Assembly: GCA_964568665.1 (NCBI GenBank)
Contig: CAZMPY010000005.1
Location: 742 to 64,741 of the forward strand
Length of the DNA: 64,000 bases
Direction of reading: 5' to 3'
Source: an uncultured Thermoplasmata archaeon
Lineage (GTDB): Archaea; Thermoplasmatota; Thermoplasmata; UBA10834
The notes beneath the pieces were generated by a model. That model was not told the DNA's origin, did no database searches, and worked only from the letters and a program-made list of their open reading frames with translations. Positions 1 through 10,217 of this stretch are shown here, one piece after another (the first letter of the stretch is position 1; each line of letters begins with the position of its first letter). A program made the translations under genes and the position numbers.

Positions 1-879
1 GCGGCCACGAGGCCGCACTTCCTCCTGGGAGGGGTGCTGATGAACCTGGTCGGCATGGCTCTGGCGGTCCACCTCGGATACCCGATTGGATGGCCGGAGG
101 CGCTCATCTTCCAGGTCTCCCTGACATCGTTCCAGATCGCCGGGGCGCTGGTGAACGAGTACGCAGACTCTGAGGCGGACCAAACGAACCTGAACAGGAC
201 GATGCTGACGGGCGGGAGCGGGGCGCTGTCCCCTGGGCGCCTGGACAGTTCTGCGGCCCTCACCGTCGCGCTGCCGTTCGCCGCGCTCGGCATCTCCGCC
301 GCGGCCGTCCTGCCGATCGCATACGGCGTCCCGATCGAAGTGCCCGTGCTCGGGTTCCTCGGGTTCCTGGCAGCCATGGCGTACTCGTCGCCGGCCATCA
401 GGCTCTCCCGGACGGTCGTCGGGGATCCGATGATGGCCGTCTCCATCGGGTTCCTCGCGCCCGCGTCCGCGTTCCTGGTGCACTCGGGCGGCTGGGACAT
501 CCATGTGCTCGGGCTGACATCCGTAATCGTGCTCCAGCTCATGGCCCTGATGGTCCTCTTCGAGTACCCGGACATGGAGTCGGACCTCGCAGCCGGGAGG
601 AGGAACATCGTCTGCACGGTCGGCAGGGCGAGCGCGTGGTGGCTCGTGATAGGGTTCCTGACGCTGGGCGCGACGGTCGCCCTCGCGACCTATCATACGG
701 GGATGCCGATCGAGGTGGCCGGGGTGATGTCCCTCACCCTCCTCGAGGAGACGGCGTTCCTGCTGGCGTTCAGAAGGAGGTTCCGGAGCAGGAATGGCTA
801 TGCCCAGATGACCATGCTCGGGGCGGCGTTCTTCGTGCTCCTGCTGGTGACCGCGACCGTGACCCTGTGGGACTACTAG
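1..879 (+). CDS. UbiA-family prenyltransferase (integral membrane), probably 5'-truncated by the window edge
   Basis: The frame is open from nt 1. Multi-TM hydrophobic protein with NEYADSEAD (NxxxDxxxD-type) and a second Asp-rich motif YPDMESDLAAGRRN, typical of the UbiA superfamily. The first motif lies close to the GTG at 34, which suggests the real start is upstream of the window. Confidence 0.7.
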   Translation, partial: AATRPHFLLGGVLMNLVGMALAVHLGYPIGWPEALIFQVSLTSFQIAGALVNEYADSEADQTNLNRTMLTGGSGALSPGRLDSSAALTVALPFAALGISAAAVLPIAYGVPIEVPVLGFLGFLAAMAYSSPAIRLSRTVVGDPMMAVSIGFLAPASAFLVHSGGWDIHVLGLTSVIVLQLMALMVLFEYPDMESDLAAGRRNIVCTVGRASAWWLVIGFLTLGATVALATYHTGMPIEVAGVMSLTLLEETAFLLAFRRRFRSRNGYAQMTMLGAAFFVLLLVTATVTLWDY

Positions 880-888
880 AAGCGGGGG

Positions 889-999
889 TCACTTCTTCCT
901 GTGTATCGGGCACGGGATGCCGAGCCTGCAGTACCTGCACTTGTCCTCCTTCACGGGCATGATGGGCATGACCATGTGGCCGTACTTCCGCCTCGGCAT
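889..999 (-). CDS. Possible 36-aa small zinc-knuckle protein (MPRRKYGHMVMPIMPVKEDKCRYCRLGIPCPIHRKK)
   Basis: Hand-translated ORF below the ORF-track size cutoff. Basic termini and a C-x2-C-x5-C-x2-H arrangement. It sits in an otherwise empty intergenic gap. No homology check was possible. Confidence 0.3.
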   Translation of the reverse strand: MPRRKYGHMVMPIMPVKEDKCRYCRLGIPCPIHRKK

Positions 1000-1064
1000 C
1001 GGTTTCCCCTGCTCACGGTGAACGCCAAAATCCTACAAATAAGTGGGGGTGCGCGCGCCGGGCG

Positions 1065-3209
1065 TCACGCCTTGGGCAGGGTGATGTTGTAGACGCAGCC
1101 CTTCGACGGGTCGCCCCGGACCATGTCCGTCACCCACATCTGGCCGAGGTATCTCTCAGCGATGCCTCTGGAGGTCGCGAGCCCGATGCCGAAACCCCCG
1201 CCGAGCTCGGACTTGGCCGCCTTGACCATCCTCAGGACATCCGCCTTGAGGTGGTCGGGGATCACCCTGTTCGGCTGGGACACCTTGATCCACCACATGT
1301 CCCGCCTCCCCTCGCGCCTCGACTCGGCCATGACCACGAGCCTCGGGCGGTCCTGCCGATCCGACCGCAGCGCCGTGAGGAAGAGATTGTTGAATATCTC
1401 GACCAGCATCTCGTCCGCGAGGACCTCCAGCCGGCCCTCCGGGAGCGTGACCTCGATGTCGACGGGCTTCATGCCCCGCAGGCCCTTGACGCCCGCCGCG
1501 GCTGATGCGACCGCCGTCCTCAGGTCCGTCCTCGTGAGCGGTCGGACCGCGTTCTCCCTGAGCCTGCCCATGATCCGCACCATCTGGACCAGGCGCATGA
1601 TGCTCTCGACCTGGGCCAGAGACCTGTCGACCTTGTCCCGCACGCCGTCGTCCAGGCCCGGGCTCCGCCCGATGGTCTCGAGGTAGGCGGAGACGGGCGT
1701 CGTGAGGTTCGCGATGTCGTGCGAGAGCAGGTCGATGTGCAGCTCGACCTGGTCCCTCGCCCCGAGCACCTCCTTGAGCAGCCGGGCGTTCTCGATGGCC
1801 ACGGCGGCGTGGTTCGCGAACAGGGTGGCTATCTCCAGGTCCTCGTTCGAGAAGTTGTCCGGCGGGTACTTGAGCAGCTCGATCACGCCCAGGACATCCT
1901 TCCTGCCGACCAGGGGCACCGCGAGCATGCGCGAGTGGGTCGTTGGCGTGCCCGGGATGTAGTCCCCGCGCGGGTCGGCCTCGGTGTCCTGGACGATCTC
2001 GGCGCGCTTGGTCCGGGCGACATGGCCGCATATGCCGACATCCATCGGGAAGTTGTGGTCCTCCATGACCTCGGAGGCATAGGGCCCGAACGCGTAGACC
2101 GGGTTGCCCACGTGCCGGCTCCAGTCGAACATGTAGAACGCGAGCTCGTTGCTCGGTATCAGCTCGATGATCCTGTTCCCCACGATCCGGTAGATCTCCT
2201 CGGACTCAATCTCCCTCTGGAGCGTGACCGCCGTGTCGATGAGTGCCTTCTGGGCCCTGGACCTGATCGTGAGGATCTCGAACATCTCGGAGTTCTCGAT
2301 GACCCTCTGGACGTAGTCCCCGAGCTCCTGCGCCATGCCCACCTCGTCCATGGTGTAGGCCGTGCTCCTCGAGTTGTCCGCGAGGAACAGCAGGCCGACC
2401 ACCCTGTCCCCGACATCCATGGGCACGGCGATGCAGTGCTCGTAGGAGAACTGGCCCAGGCTCTTCTTCTTGGGCCCGCCCTCGCGGGCGGCGTCGAGGC
2501 AGGTCCTGACCTTCCGCAGGCCGATGGCCTCCGCGGCCACGGGGAAGGTGTCGAGCATGATCCTCCGGTCCTTGGACAGCGAGACGCCTTTGGCGGCGCA
2601 GGCCGTCACGACCAGCTCCCTGGTGCCCTCGCTGAACCTGAACACCGCGGCGAAGTCGGCGTCGAAGTAGTCCATCGCGTTCCTGCAGAACCTCGCGAGG
2701 ACATGGTCCAGCTCCGCTCGCTCGGTCGGGGCGCATGTGAGGCAGCGCATGAGCACGCCCTGGGTCTCCGCGAACTCCTCGAGCAGGAGGACAATCTCCT
2801 CGATGCTCCTGTCGACCATGGCCTCGATGGCGGTCCTGGAGCTGTCCCTCGCCAGCTCGGGCAGGTTCCTCTCGGCGACGCCGTACAGGATGCCCCGGAG
2901 AATGTGCTGGTTCCTGATGACGCTGCTGAGGTTCAGGCTCCTGAGGTGCTCCGTCCGGATGGTGCTCCTCAGGATCTCGTGCGCCCGCTTCGAGCCCGGG
3001 TCCCCCATGCGCTCGAGCACCGCGTCGAGGTACGCCCTCATCCGGTCGATCCGCGCCTCGAGCGGTATGGAGAAGTCCGCGGCCTTCGTGAAAGGTATCT
3101 TGGTGGATTCGGCCGCCCAGAGCTCGATGATCTCTTTCGTGTGCGCCCTGAGGACGCCAGGCAGCGATATGGCGCCCGCGCCGGGTTCGTGGGAAGGTGA
3201 AGGGTGCAT
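1065..3209 (-). CDS. Sensor histidine kinase with tandem GAF-like sensor domains
   Basis: 714-aa ORF. H-box LLSHDIANLTTPVSAYLE, followed by an HATPase_c-like C-terminus (NLFLTALRS..., GGGFGIGLATSRGIAERY). Two GAF-like regions lie upstream. The overlapping ORFs on the other strand have Arg/Gly/Pro-rich shadow composition. Confidence 0.85.
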   Translation of the reverse strand: MHPSPSHEPGAGAISLPGVLRAHTKEIIELWAAESTKIPFTKAADFSIPLEARIDRMRAYLDAVLERMGDPGSKRAHEILRSTIRTEHLRSLNLSSVIRNQHILRGILYGVAERNLPELARDSSRTAIEAMVDRSIEEIVLLLEEFAETQGVLMRCLTCAPTERAELDHVLARFCRNAMDYFDADFAAVFRFSEGTRELVVTACAAKGVSLSKDRRIMLDTFPVAAEAIGLRKVRTCLDAAREGGPKKKSLGQFSYEHCIAVPMDVGDRVVGLLFLADNSRSTAYTMDEVGMAQELGDYVQRVIENSEMFEILTIRSRAQKALIDTAVTLQREIESEEIYRIVGNRIIELIPSNELAFYMFDWSRHVGNPVYAFGPYASEVMEDHNFPMDVGICGHVARTKRAEIVQDTEADPRGDYIPGTPTTHSRMLAVPLVGRKDVLGVIELLKYPPDNFSNEDLEIATLFANHAAVAIENARLLKEVLGARDQVELHIDLLSHDIANLTTPVSAYLETIGRSPGLDDGVRDKVDRSLAQVESIMRLVQMVRIMGRLRENAVRPLTRTDLRTAVASAAAGVKGLRGMKPVDIEVTLPEGRLEVLADEMLVEIFNNLFLTALRSDRQDRPRLVVMAESRREGRRDMWWIKVSQPNRVIPDHLKADVLRMVKAAKSELGGGFGIGLATSRGIAERYLGQMWVTDMVRGDPSKGCVYNITLPKA

Positions 3210-3441
3210 GCGCGTCTCATTTCCTCCAAGACGCCGCCCCGGGGCGGTGTGATGGCCAGCGCTTATGATGGCTGTACGTGGTTAAATCGGTTTGCTCATG
3301 GATGTGCATCCGGGGCACTCGGCTCTACCGGAAACGGTGGTCCTGGACGGGTGTGCCAGACGGCCGGCGCTGAGTTATGGTTTAGGTCGAATACGCTTAT
3401 ATCGGCGCATCCGATAGCGAGTTTCAGGAGTGGTGTATTCG

Positions 3442-4464
3442 ATGTCGACGCAACACGCTCAGGTCAAGACCATGCTCCTGACAGGGAAGCAGGTCAAGAA
3501 GCTGCTGGATATGAAGGATGTACTCGGTGCGGTCGAGAACGCCTTCAAGCACAAGGGCCTCGGAAAGGTGCAGATGCCGCCGAAGCTCTACCTGTTCTAT
3601 GAGAAGTTCGATGGCGACCTAAGGACCATGCCCTCGTACGTCGAGGACATGGACGTATCCGCCGTCAAGATAGTCAACGTGCACCCGCAGAACCAGAAGA
3701 ACTTCGGGATGCGCACGGTGATGGCGCTCCTGGTGCTCATCAACCCGCACACGGGCGCCCCGCTGGCGGTCATGGACGCCACGCACATCACGGACATGAG
3801 GACCGGCGCGGCGAGCGGGATCGCATCGAAGTACCTCGCCCGGCCGGACCCGAGGATCCTCGGCATCGTGGGCGCGGGCAACCAGGCCAAGACGCAGATG
3901 CTCGCACTCATCACGCAGTTCGGGAAGTTCGACGAGGTCAGGATCTACGACCTGTTCCCCGAGAAGGCCAAGGCCACCGCGAGGGAGTTCAGGCGGCACT
4001 ACAAGGACAGGGTCGGGAAGATCAAGGCGGTCGGGAGCGCGAAGGACGCGGTCTCGGACGCTGACATCATAGTCACATGCACGTCCTCCAGGGCGCCCGT
4101 CGTCATGGAGGACTGGGTCAAGCCCGGCGCGCACATCAACTGCATAGGTGCGGACGCCCCCGGGAAGCAGGAGATGGACCCGAAGGTGCTCAAGAAGGCC
4201 TTCCTGGTCATAGACGACTGGGAGCAGGCGAGCCACTCGGGCGAGATCAACGTCCCGCTGACCAAGGGCGAGCTCACCAAGGAGGATGTCGACGCCGAGA
4301 TCGGCCAGGTCGTGGCAGGCCTCAAGAAGGGCAGGGAGAGCGACGACCAGATCACGGTCTTCTGCTCGACGGGCCTCGCGGTCCAGGACTGCCTCACGGC
4401 CAAGCTCGCGTACGACGCCGCCCTGCAGCAGAAGATGGGCAGGTACATGCAGCTCGTCCTGTAG
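3442..4464 (+). CDS. Ornithine cyclodeaminase/mu-crystallin family protein (archaeal-type alanine dehydrogenase-like)
   Basis: GIVGAGNQAKTQM Rossmann motif and overall OCD-family layout, similar to my recollection of A. fulgidus AF1665. Start ambiguous: GTG 3430, ATG 3442 or ATG 3472. GGAG lies upstream of 3442. Confidence 0.8.
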   Translation: MSTQHAQVKTMLLTGKQVKKLLDMKDVLGAVENAFKHKGLGKVQMPPKLYLFYEKFDGDLRTMPSYVEDMDVSAVKIVNVHPQNQKNFGMRTVMALLVLINPHTGAPLAVMDATHITDMRTGAASGIASKYLARPDPRILGIVGAGNQAKTQMLALITQFGKFDEVRIYDLFPEKAKATAREFRRHYKDRVGKIKAVGSAKDAVSDADIIVTCTSSRAPVVMEDWVKPGAHINCIGADAPGKQEMDPKVLKKAFLVIDDWEQASHSGEINVPLTKGELTKEDVDAEIGQVVAGLKKGRESDDQITVFCSTGLAVQDCLTAKLAYDAALQQKMGRYMQLVL

Positions 4465-4472
4465 GCGCACGG

Positions 4473-4492
4473 AGAGGCCGAGCGCCTCTTTT
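4473..4492 (+). terminator. Hairpin plus T-tract downstream of the OCD-family gene
   Basis: AGAGGC-cgagc-GCCTCT stem-loop followed directly by TTT(C). It lies 9 nt after the stop codon. Confidence 0.4.
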
Positions 4493-4726
4493 CAAACCCC
4501 TCAAACCCCACCTTTCTCCACATCCTTTCGCAGCATGAGGGCGCTCCGCCGACAGGCTCCACCGGAAGCGCAGGTTGGACACTGGCGGCAACCGTTAAGT
4601 GCTCAAAAACCGGTACTGGGGGTCCGTCCTTGCGGGAGTCGCCCTTGAGCGGGGTTTTTTCCGAAAGGGGACTTGCGGGACAAGGAAAAGAAGCATGTTT
4701 AGGGGGAATCTGAACTGAGGAAAAGT

Positions 4727-5863
4727 ATGATTGGGATAGTGGCAGCTCTAGCGATGGTACTCCCGGCGATGGTGATGGCCGTGCCGGCGAGGGCGGAGAC
4801 CGTGCCCGACTCGTGGACCGTCATGATCTACATGGCGGGGGACAACACGCTGTCGTCGGCCACGGTGACAGACCTGGGCGAGCTCATGGTGGTGGGCTCG
4901 AGCGCTGATGTGAACTTCGTCGTCATGCTCGACACGGCCGACGGACCGGCCAGCCTGCTCTACGTCAACCAGGGCAGCACGACCGTGCTCGCCGATTGGG
5001 GCGAGGTCAACACGGGCGACCCGGCGGTCCTGACGAGGCTCATCACGGACGCCAAGACGCTGTACCCGGCAAACAGGTACGCGCTGGACCTGTGGGACCA
5101 CGGCAACGGCATCATGGGCATATGCTACGACGACACCTCCGGCGACAAGATCACCATGCCCGAGATGAGGTCCGCCATAGTCAGCGGCGGGGTCGTCTTC
5201 GAGTCGGTGATATTCGACGCGTGCGTCATGGGCTCGGTCGAGGTCGCGCACCAGCTCCAGGGATATGCGAACACCTGCGTGTTCAGCCAGGACTTCGTCT
5301 ACGGGGCAGGGTTCCCCTACGACCAGGTCGCCGCTGGCGTCGTGGCCGACCCGGCCATGGACGGCAAGACCTTCTCGGTCATGTCCGCGACCGTGTTCAT
5401 GGAGTACTACGACGCCCTCGGCTGGAACGGCGTCGCGATAACCGCCTACGACAACGCGTACCTGACGACCGTGTCGAGCGCGGTCCAGAGCTTCGCGGGC
5501 GCGCAGATCGCCACGATGGCCCAGTTCTACAAGGCGTACAAGGCCTGCAGGCTCTCGACGGTGGAGATCAACTGCGCCGCGGACCTCGCTGGCTACGCCA
5601 AGCTGGTCGCCGCGAGCACGAAGATCACCAGCACGACGGTCAAGAACGCCGCGAACGCGGTGGTGGCCGCGGTCGGCTCCTCCGTGATGTACGAGTGGCA
5701 CACGACCGACAACGCTGGACTGACCGGTGCGGGCATCTGGTTCCCGGTTAACTCGCTCTCGTACTACTGGAGCGCGAGCATGGAGACCATGTACCGCGGG
5801 ATGCTGTTCGACCAGGCCACAGGCTGGGCGAACTTCCTCGACTCGTACTACGCGAAGGCCTGA
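4727..5863 (+). CDS. Secreted clostripain-like cysteine peptidase (family C11), paralog 1
   Basis: N-terminal signal-like segment. WTVMIYMAGDNTLS block. Catalytic dyad contexts LWDHGNG (His) and FDACVMGSVE (Cys), typical of C11. Confidence 0.8.
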   Translation: MIGIVAALAMVLPAMVMAVPARAETVPDSWTVMIYMAGDNTLSSATVTDLGELMVVGSSADVNFVVMLDTADGPASLLYVNQGSTTVLADWGEVNTGDPAVLTRLITDAKTLYPANRYALDLWDHGNGIMGICYDDTSGDKITMPEMRSAIVSGGVVFESVIFDACVMGSVEVAHQLQGYANTCVFSQDFVYGAGFPYDQVAAGVVADPAMDGKTFSVMSATVFMEYYDALGWNGVAITAYDNAYLTTVSSAVQSFAGAQIATMAQFYKAYKACRLSTVEINCAADLAGYAKLVAASTKITSTTVKNAANAVVAAVGSSVMYEWHTTDNAGLTGAGIWFPVNSLSYYWSASMETMYRGMLFDQATGWANFLDSYYAKA

Positions 5864-6098
5864 GCGCGCGGGACGGCCGGACGAAACCCTACAAAACCCT
5901 TCCCTTGTTTTCACACCGGACCGACGGGAGTCAGTAGCATCCGGTGGACGGAGTTGGACAGCAGGATTTAATACTGTTATCTCAGATACACACCGTCCAG
6001 TCCTCGCGGGGTATCCCAGGCACTTTTTTCCGGGGGACCGCGGGACGCAGAGAGGACAAGAGGGGGGGTACTGACTGAAAAAGGGTGTCTTAGGAGTA

Positions 6099-7226
6099 GT
6101 GGCAGCCGTACTGATGATCATGCCCGCGTTCGTGCTCGCCGCGCCTGCGCGCGCGGAGACCATGCCTGACGCGTGGACCGTGATGGTCTACATGGACGGG
6201 GACAACAACGTGGAGTCCTACGCGCTCATGGACCTGGACGAGATGATGCTCACCGGGTCGAGCGCCGATGTGAACATGATCGTCCTGCTCGACACGCTGA
6301 GCGGGCCGGCCAACCTGCTCTACGTGAATGAGGGCAGCACGACGACGCTTGCGGCTTGGGGCGAGGTCAACATGGGTGACCCGGCCACGATGACGAGGTT
6401 CATCACGAGCTCGAAGGCGCTCTACCCGGCCAACAACTACGCGCTCATCATCTGGGACCACGGCGGCGGCATAATGGGCCTCTGCTGGGACGACACATCC
6501 GCATCGGACAAGCTGACGATGGCGGAGCTCAGGTCCGGGGTCGCCGGTGGCGCGACGGTGTTCGATGTGCTGGTGTTCAACGCGTGCGTCATGGCTACCG
6601 CAGAGGTGGCCCACCAGGTGACTGGCTACGCGGACTATGTCATATTCAGCCAGGAGAACATGTACGCGCTCGGGTTCCCGTACGACAGGGTCGCAGCCGA
6701 CCTCGAGGCCAACCCGGCCATGGACGGAAGGACCATGGCCCTGATGATGGCCCAGGACTACACGAGCTACTACATCTCGATCGGCTACAGCGGCGTGACG
6801 ATCAGCGTCTACGACATGACCCAGCTGACGACGGTCGCGAACGCCGTCAAGGCGTTCGCCGGCGCCCAGGTCTCGACCATGAGCACCAACTACAAGGCGT
6901 TCATGAAGATCAGGCACTCCGTGCCCGACCCGAACAACCAGGCCGACCTGGTGACCTACGCCCAGCTGGTGGCTGCAAGCGCGGACATCACGAGCACGAC
7001 GGTCAAGACGGCTGCCGGAGCGGTCGAGACCGCGGTGGATGCGGCGATCATCTACGAGTGGCACTCGGCCGATGTCAAGGGCGAGAACGGCCTGGGGATC
7101 TGGTTCCCGACCAAGTCCGTGACATACTACTGGAGCGCGTCCCTGGAGACCATGTACCGGGCGATGCCGTTCAGCGCCGCATCGGGCTGGGCGGACTTCC
7201 TCGACTCGTACTACGCCAAGGCCTAG
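6099..7226 (+). CDS. Secreted clostripain-like cysteine peptidase (family C11), paralog 2 (tandem duplicate)
   Basis: Collinear with 4727-5863 along its whole length: WTVMVYMDGDNNVE, IWDHGGG, FNACVMATAE, C-terminal ...FLDSYYAKA in both. GGAG precedes the GTG start. Confidence 0.8.
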   Translation: MAAVLMIMPAFVLAAPARAETMPDAWTVMVYMDGDNNVESYALMDLDEMMLTGSSADVNMIVLLDTLSGPANLLYVNEGSTTTLAAWGEVNMGDPATMTRFITSSKALYPANNYALIIWDHGGGIMGLCWDDTSASDKLTMAELRSGVAGGATVFDVLVFNACVMATAEVAHQVTGYADYVIFSQENMYALGFPYDRVAADLEANPAMDGRTMALMMAQDYTSYYISIGYSGVTISVYDMTQLTTVANAVKAFAGAQVSTMSTNYKAFMKIRHSVPDPNNQADLVTYAQLVAASADITSTTVKTAAGAVETAVDAAIIYEWHSADVKGENGLGIWFPTKSVTYYWSASLETMYRAMPFSAASGWADFLDSYYAKA

Positions 7227-7294
7227 ACGACACGCGGGAAGGCGGACGAAACCCTCGAAACCCTTTCACGGTATTCCCACGGCGGTGTCGGTGA

Positions 7295-8401
<1,107 letters not shown>

Positions 8402-8743
8402 CGCCGACCGGGCCCGGATTTCAGCCCGGAATTTACCCATAACTAAGACTGGAAGCCATAATCTTCAAAGCGCAATACGAACCAAGCCACTACGGGATTC
8501 TTTGACGGTGAAGAAATGAGGTGGGGCTCTCGGCAGTGTCGACCGCTGCTTTGGCGATCTCAAGGGCTGTCTCGGCCACCTTTACGATGATAGCGACTTA
8601 AAGGACATCACCTGCGAGGTCGGCCGCTGAACCAAGGATTGAACTGGCGGCGTTGCAGGTGCTATCTGCGGTGCTGTTGAAGCCCAATAGCGCATTTAGA
8701 TGTATTGAAAATCATTATAAACTCACAATTACATTGATTAGCC

Positions 8744-10126
8744 GTGAACGAAAGGCTCGTGAGACAGATGGCGATCTCGAACCCACAGTGGACAGGTGGG
8801 TCACTCAATGAAGAAGTGAAAGACATCGTCCCGAGAGAATCGATTGAGGAGCTGAACAACTACACCGCTGATCGACAGATTGTGCTCGTCACCGGACCGA
8901 GGAGATCAGGAAAGACGACGGCCATGGTAGGGACGATTCAGGAGCTGCTCAATAGGGGCATCAACCCTAAGAACACACTGTACTTCTCCTTCGACGAGGT
9001 ACTATCGAGGGAACACATGGTGCTCGAAGATGTCGTATCGTATTTCCTCGGAAACGTGGTTCCGACTAGACCGTCGAAGAAGGTGCCGGCATTCCTGTTC
9101 CTAGACGAGATACAATTCATCCATGACTGGCCCACCATTCTCAAGCGCATCTATGAGACGAGGCCGAACGTTAAGATATTCGCATCGGGGTCCTCTTCGC
9201 TCAGAGTGAGGAAGGGTATGGGTGAGAGCCTTGCGGGAAGGGCGTTCGACATCACCATCCCGACTCTGTCGTTCCGCGAGTACCTCGCGTTCAAAGGGAT
9301 TGAAGTGCCGCATATCCCCCCTATCTGGTCGGACGAGCCGGTCCCAGAGTCATTCATGCTCGTCCAGAACGAGGTCACGAACGCGTTGGCGAGCTACCTA
9401 GTGAGGGGGGGTTATCCGGAAACGGTCGACATGCGCCCCGTCTCGAAGGTGCACAGATACATCCGACAATCCGTCTTGGACAGGGTGGTGTATCACGACC
9501 TCCCGGAGACGGAGAGCATTGCGAACCCCGCGAGCATGATGCACCTCCTGAAGATACTGGCGGCGATGAGCTCGCAGAGGTTCGAGATTGCCAACATCGC
9601 GCCCGACATCGGCTTGAAGGCACAGACGGCTTCGAAGTACCTGTCAATCCTGGAACGCGCGATGCTCCTCTCGACGTGCTACAACTACACCAAGAGCATG
9701 GTCAAACAGGCTCGATCCTCGAAACGAGCGTATCTGACAGACACTGGGCTCATCAGCTCCCTCCTTGGACTGGATGATACGACAGGGAGTCAAGAGCTCG
9801 GAAGGTTGGCGGAGACCGCTGCGTACAACCACCTCTCGAGGACATCGCAGGTCTTCTTCTGGAGAGACCCGCAGGGGAACGAGGTGGACATGGTGTTGCC
9901 GTCAAGACGCGGGCCGATCCCGATCGAGCTGAAGTATCAGACTAGCATATACAAATCGGACGCTAAGGGACTCGCGAGGTTCTGCGAGGTGCATGGCTGC
10001 GGCAAGGCATTCCTCATCACCAAGGACAATGATGGAACCATGGAGCTGGGCGATGTCGCCATCACCATTCTCCCTCTGTGGAGACTCATGCTTTCGACGC
10101 AAGAGATTGTCGATAGGCACCCGTGA
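8744..10126 (+). CDS. AAA-family ATPase with DUF4143-like C-terminal domain (AAA_14 type)
   Basis: Walker A GPRRSGKTT, Walker B FLFLDEIQ, and the NPQW N-terminal motif common in this archaeal ATPase family. It is preceded by about 300 nt of AT-richer non-coding DNA. Confidence 0.75.
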   Translation: MNERLVRQMAISNPQWTGGSLNEEVKDIVPRESIEELNNYTADRQIVLVTGPRRSGKTTAMVGTIQELLNRGINPKNTLYFSFDEVLSREHMVLEDVVSYFLGNVVPTRPSKKVPAFLFLDEIQFIHDWPTILKRIYETRPNVKIFASGSSSLRVRKGMGESLAGRAFDITIPTLSFREYLAFKGIEVPHIPPIWSDEPVPESFMLVQNEVTNALASYLVRGGYPETVDMRPVSKVHRYIRQSVLDRVVYHDLPETESIANPASMMHLLKILAAMSSQRFEIANIAPDIGLKAQTASKYLSILERAMLLSTCYNYTKSMVKQARSSKRAYLTDTGLISSLLGLDDTTGSQELGRLAETAAYNHLSRTSQVFFWRDPQGNEVDMVLPSRRGPIPIELKYQTSIYKSDAKGLARFCEVHGCGKAFLITKDNDGTMELGDVAITILPLWRLMLSTQEIVDRHP

Positions 10127-10217
10127 CTATGCCTTCGCCGCGATTTCTGCCCGCACATTAATCAACGACAACATATTAAAATGTGCGAGGGCCCGAACCC
10201 ACGATGCCCGGATATGC

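Noticed and set aside
1719-3200. 493-aa plus-strand ORF (and several 60-290-aa ORFs) overlapping the histidine kinase gene
   Set aside because: It is antisense to a gene with clear HK and GAF motifs. The product is Arg/Gly/Pro/Asp/His-rich low-complexity sequence, typical of shadow ORFs in GC-rich DNA.
4748-7064. Long minus-strand ORFs (4748-6163, 6090-7064) opposite the two C11 peptidase genes
   Set aside because: Shadow frames with Arg/His/Gly/Asp-rich composition and no motifs. The plus-strand genes have catalytic signatures and signal peptides.
8440-8743. AT-richer 300-nt spacer before the first AAA/DUF4143 gene as a possible RNA gene or TA remnant
   Set aside because: I found no convincing ORF, tRNA-like fold or repeat in either strand. 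It is probably promoter or insertion-scar DNA.
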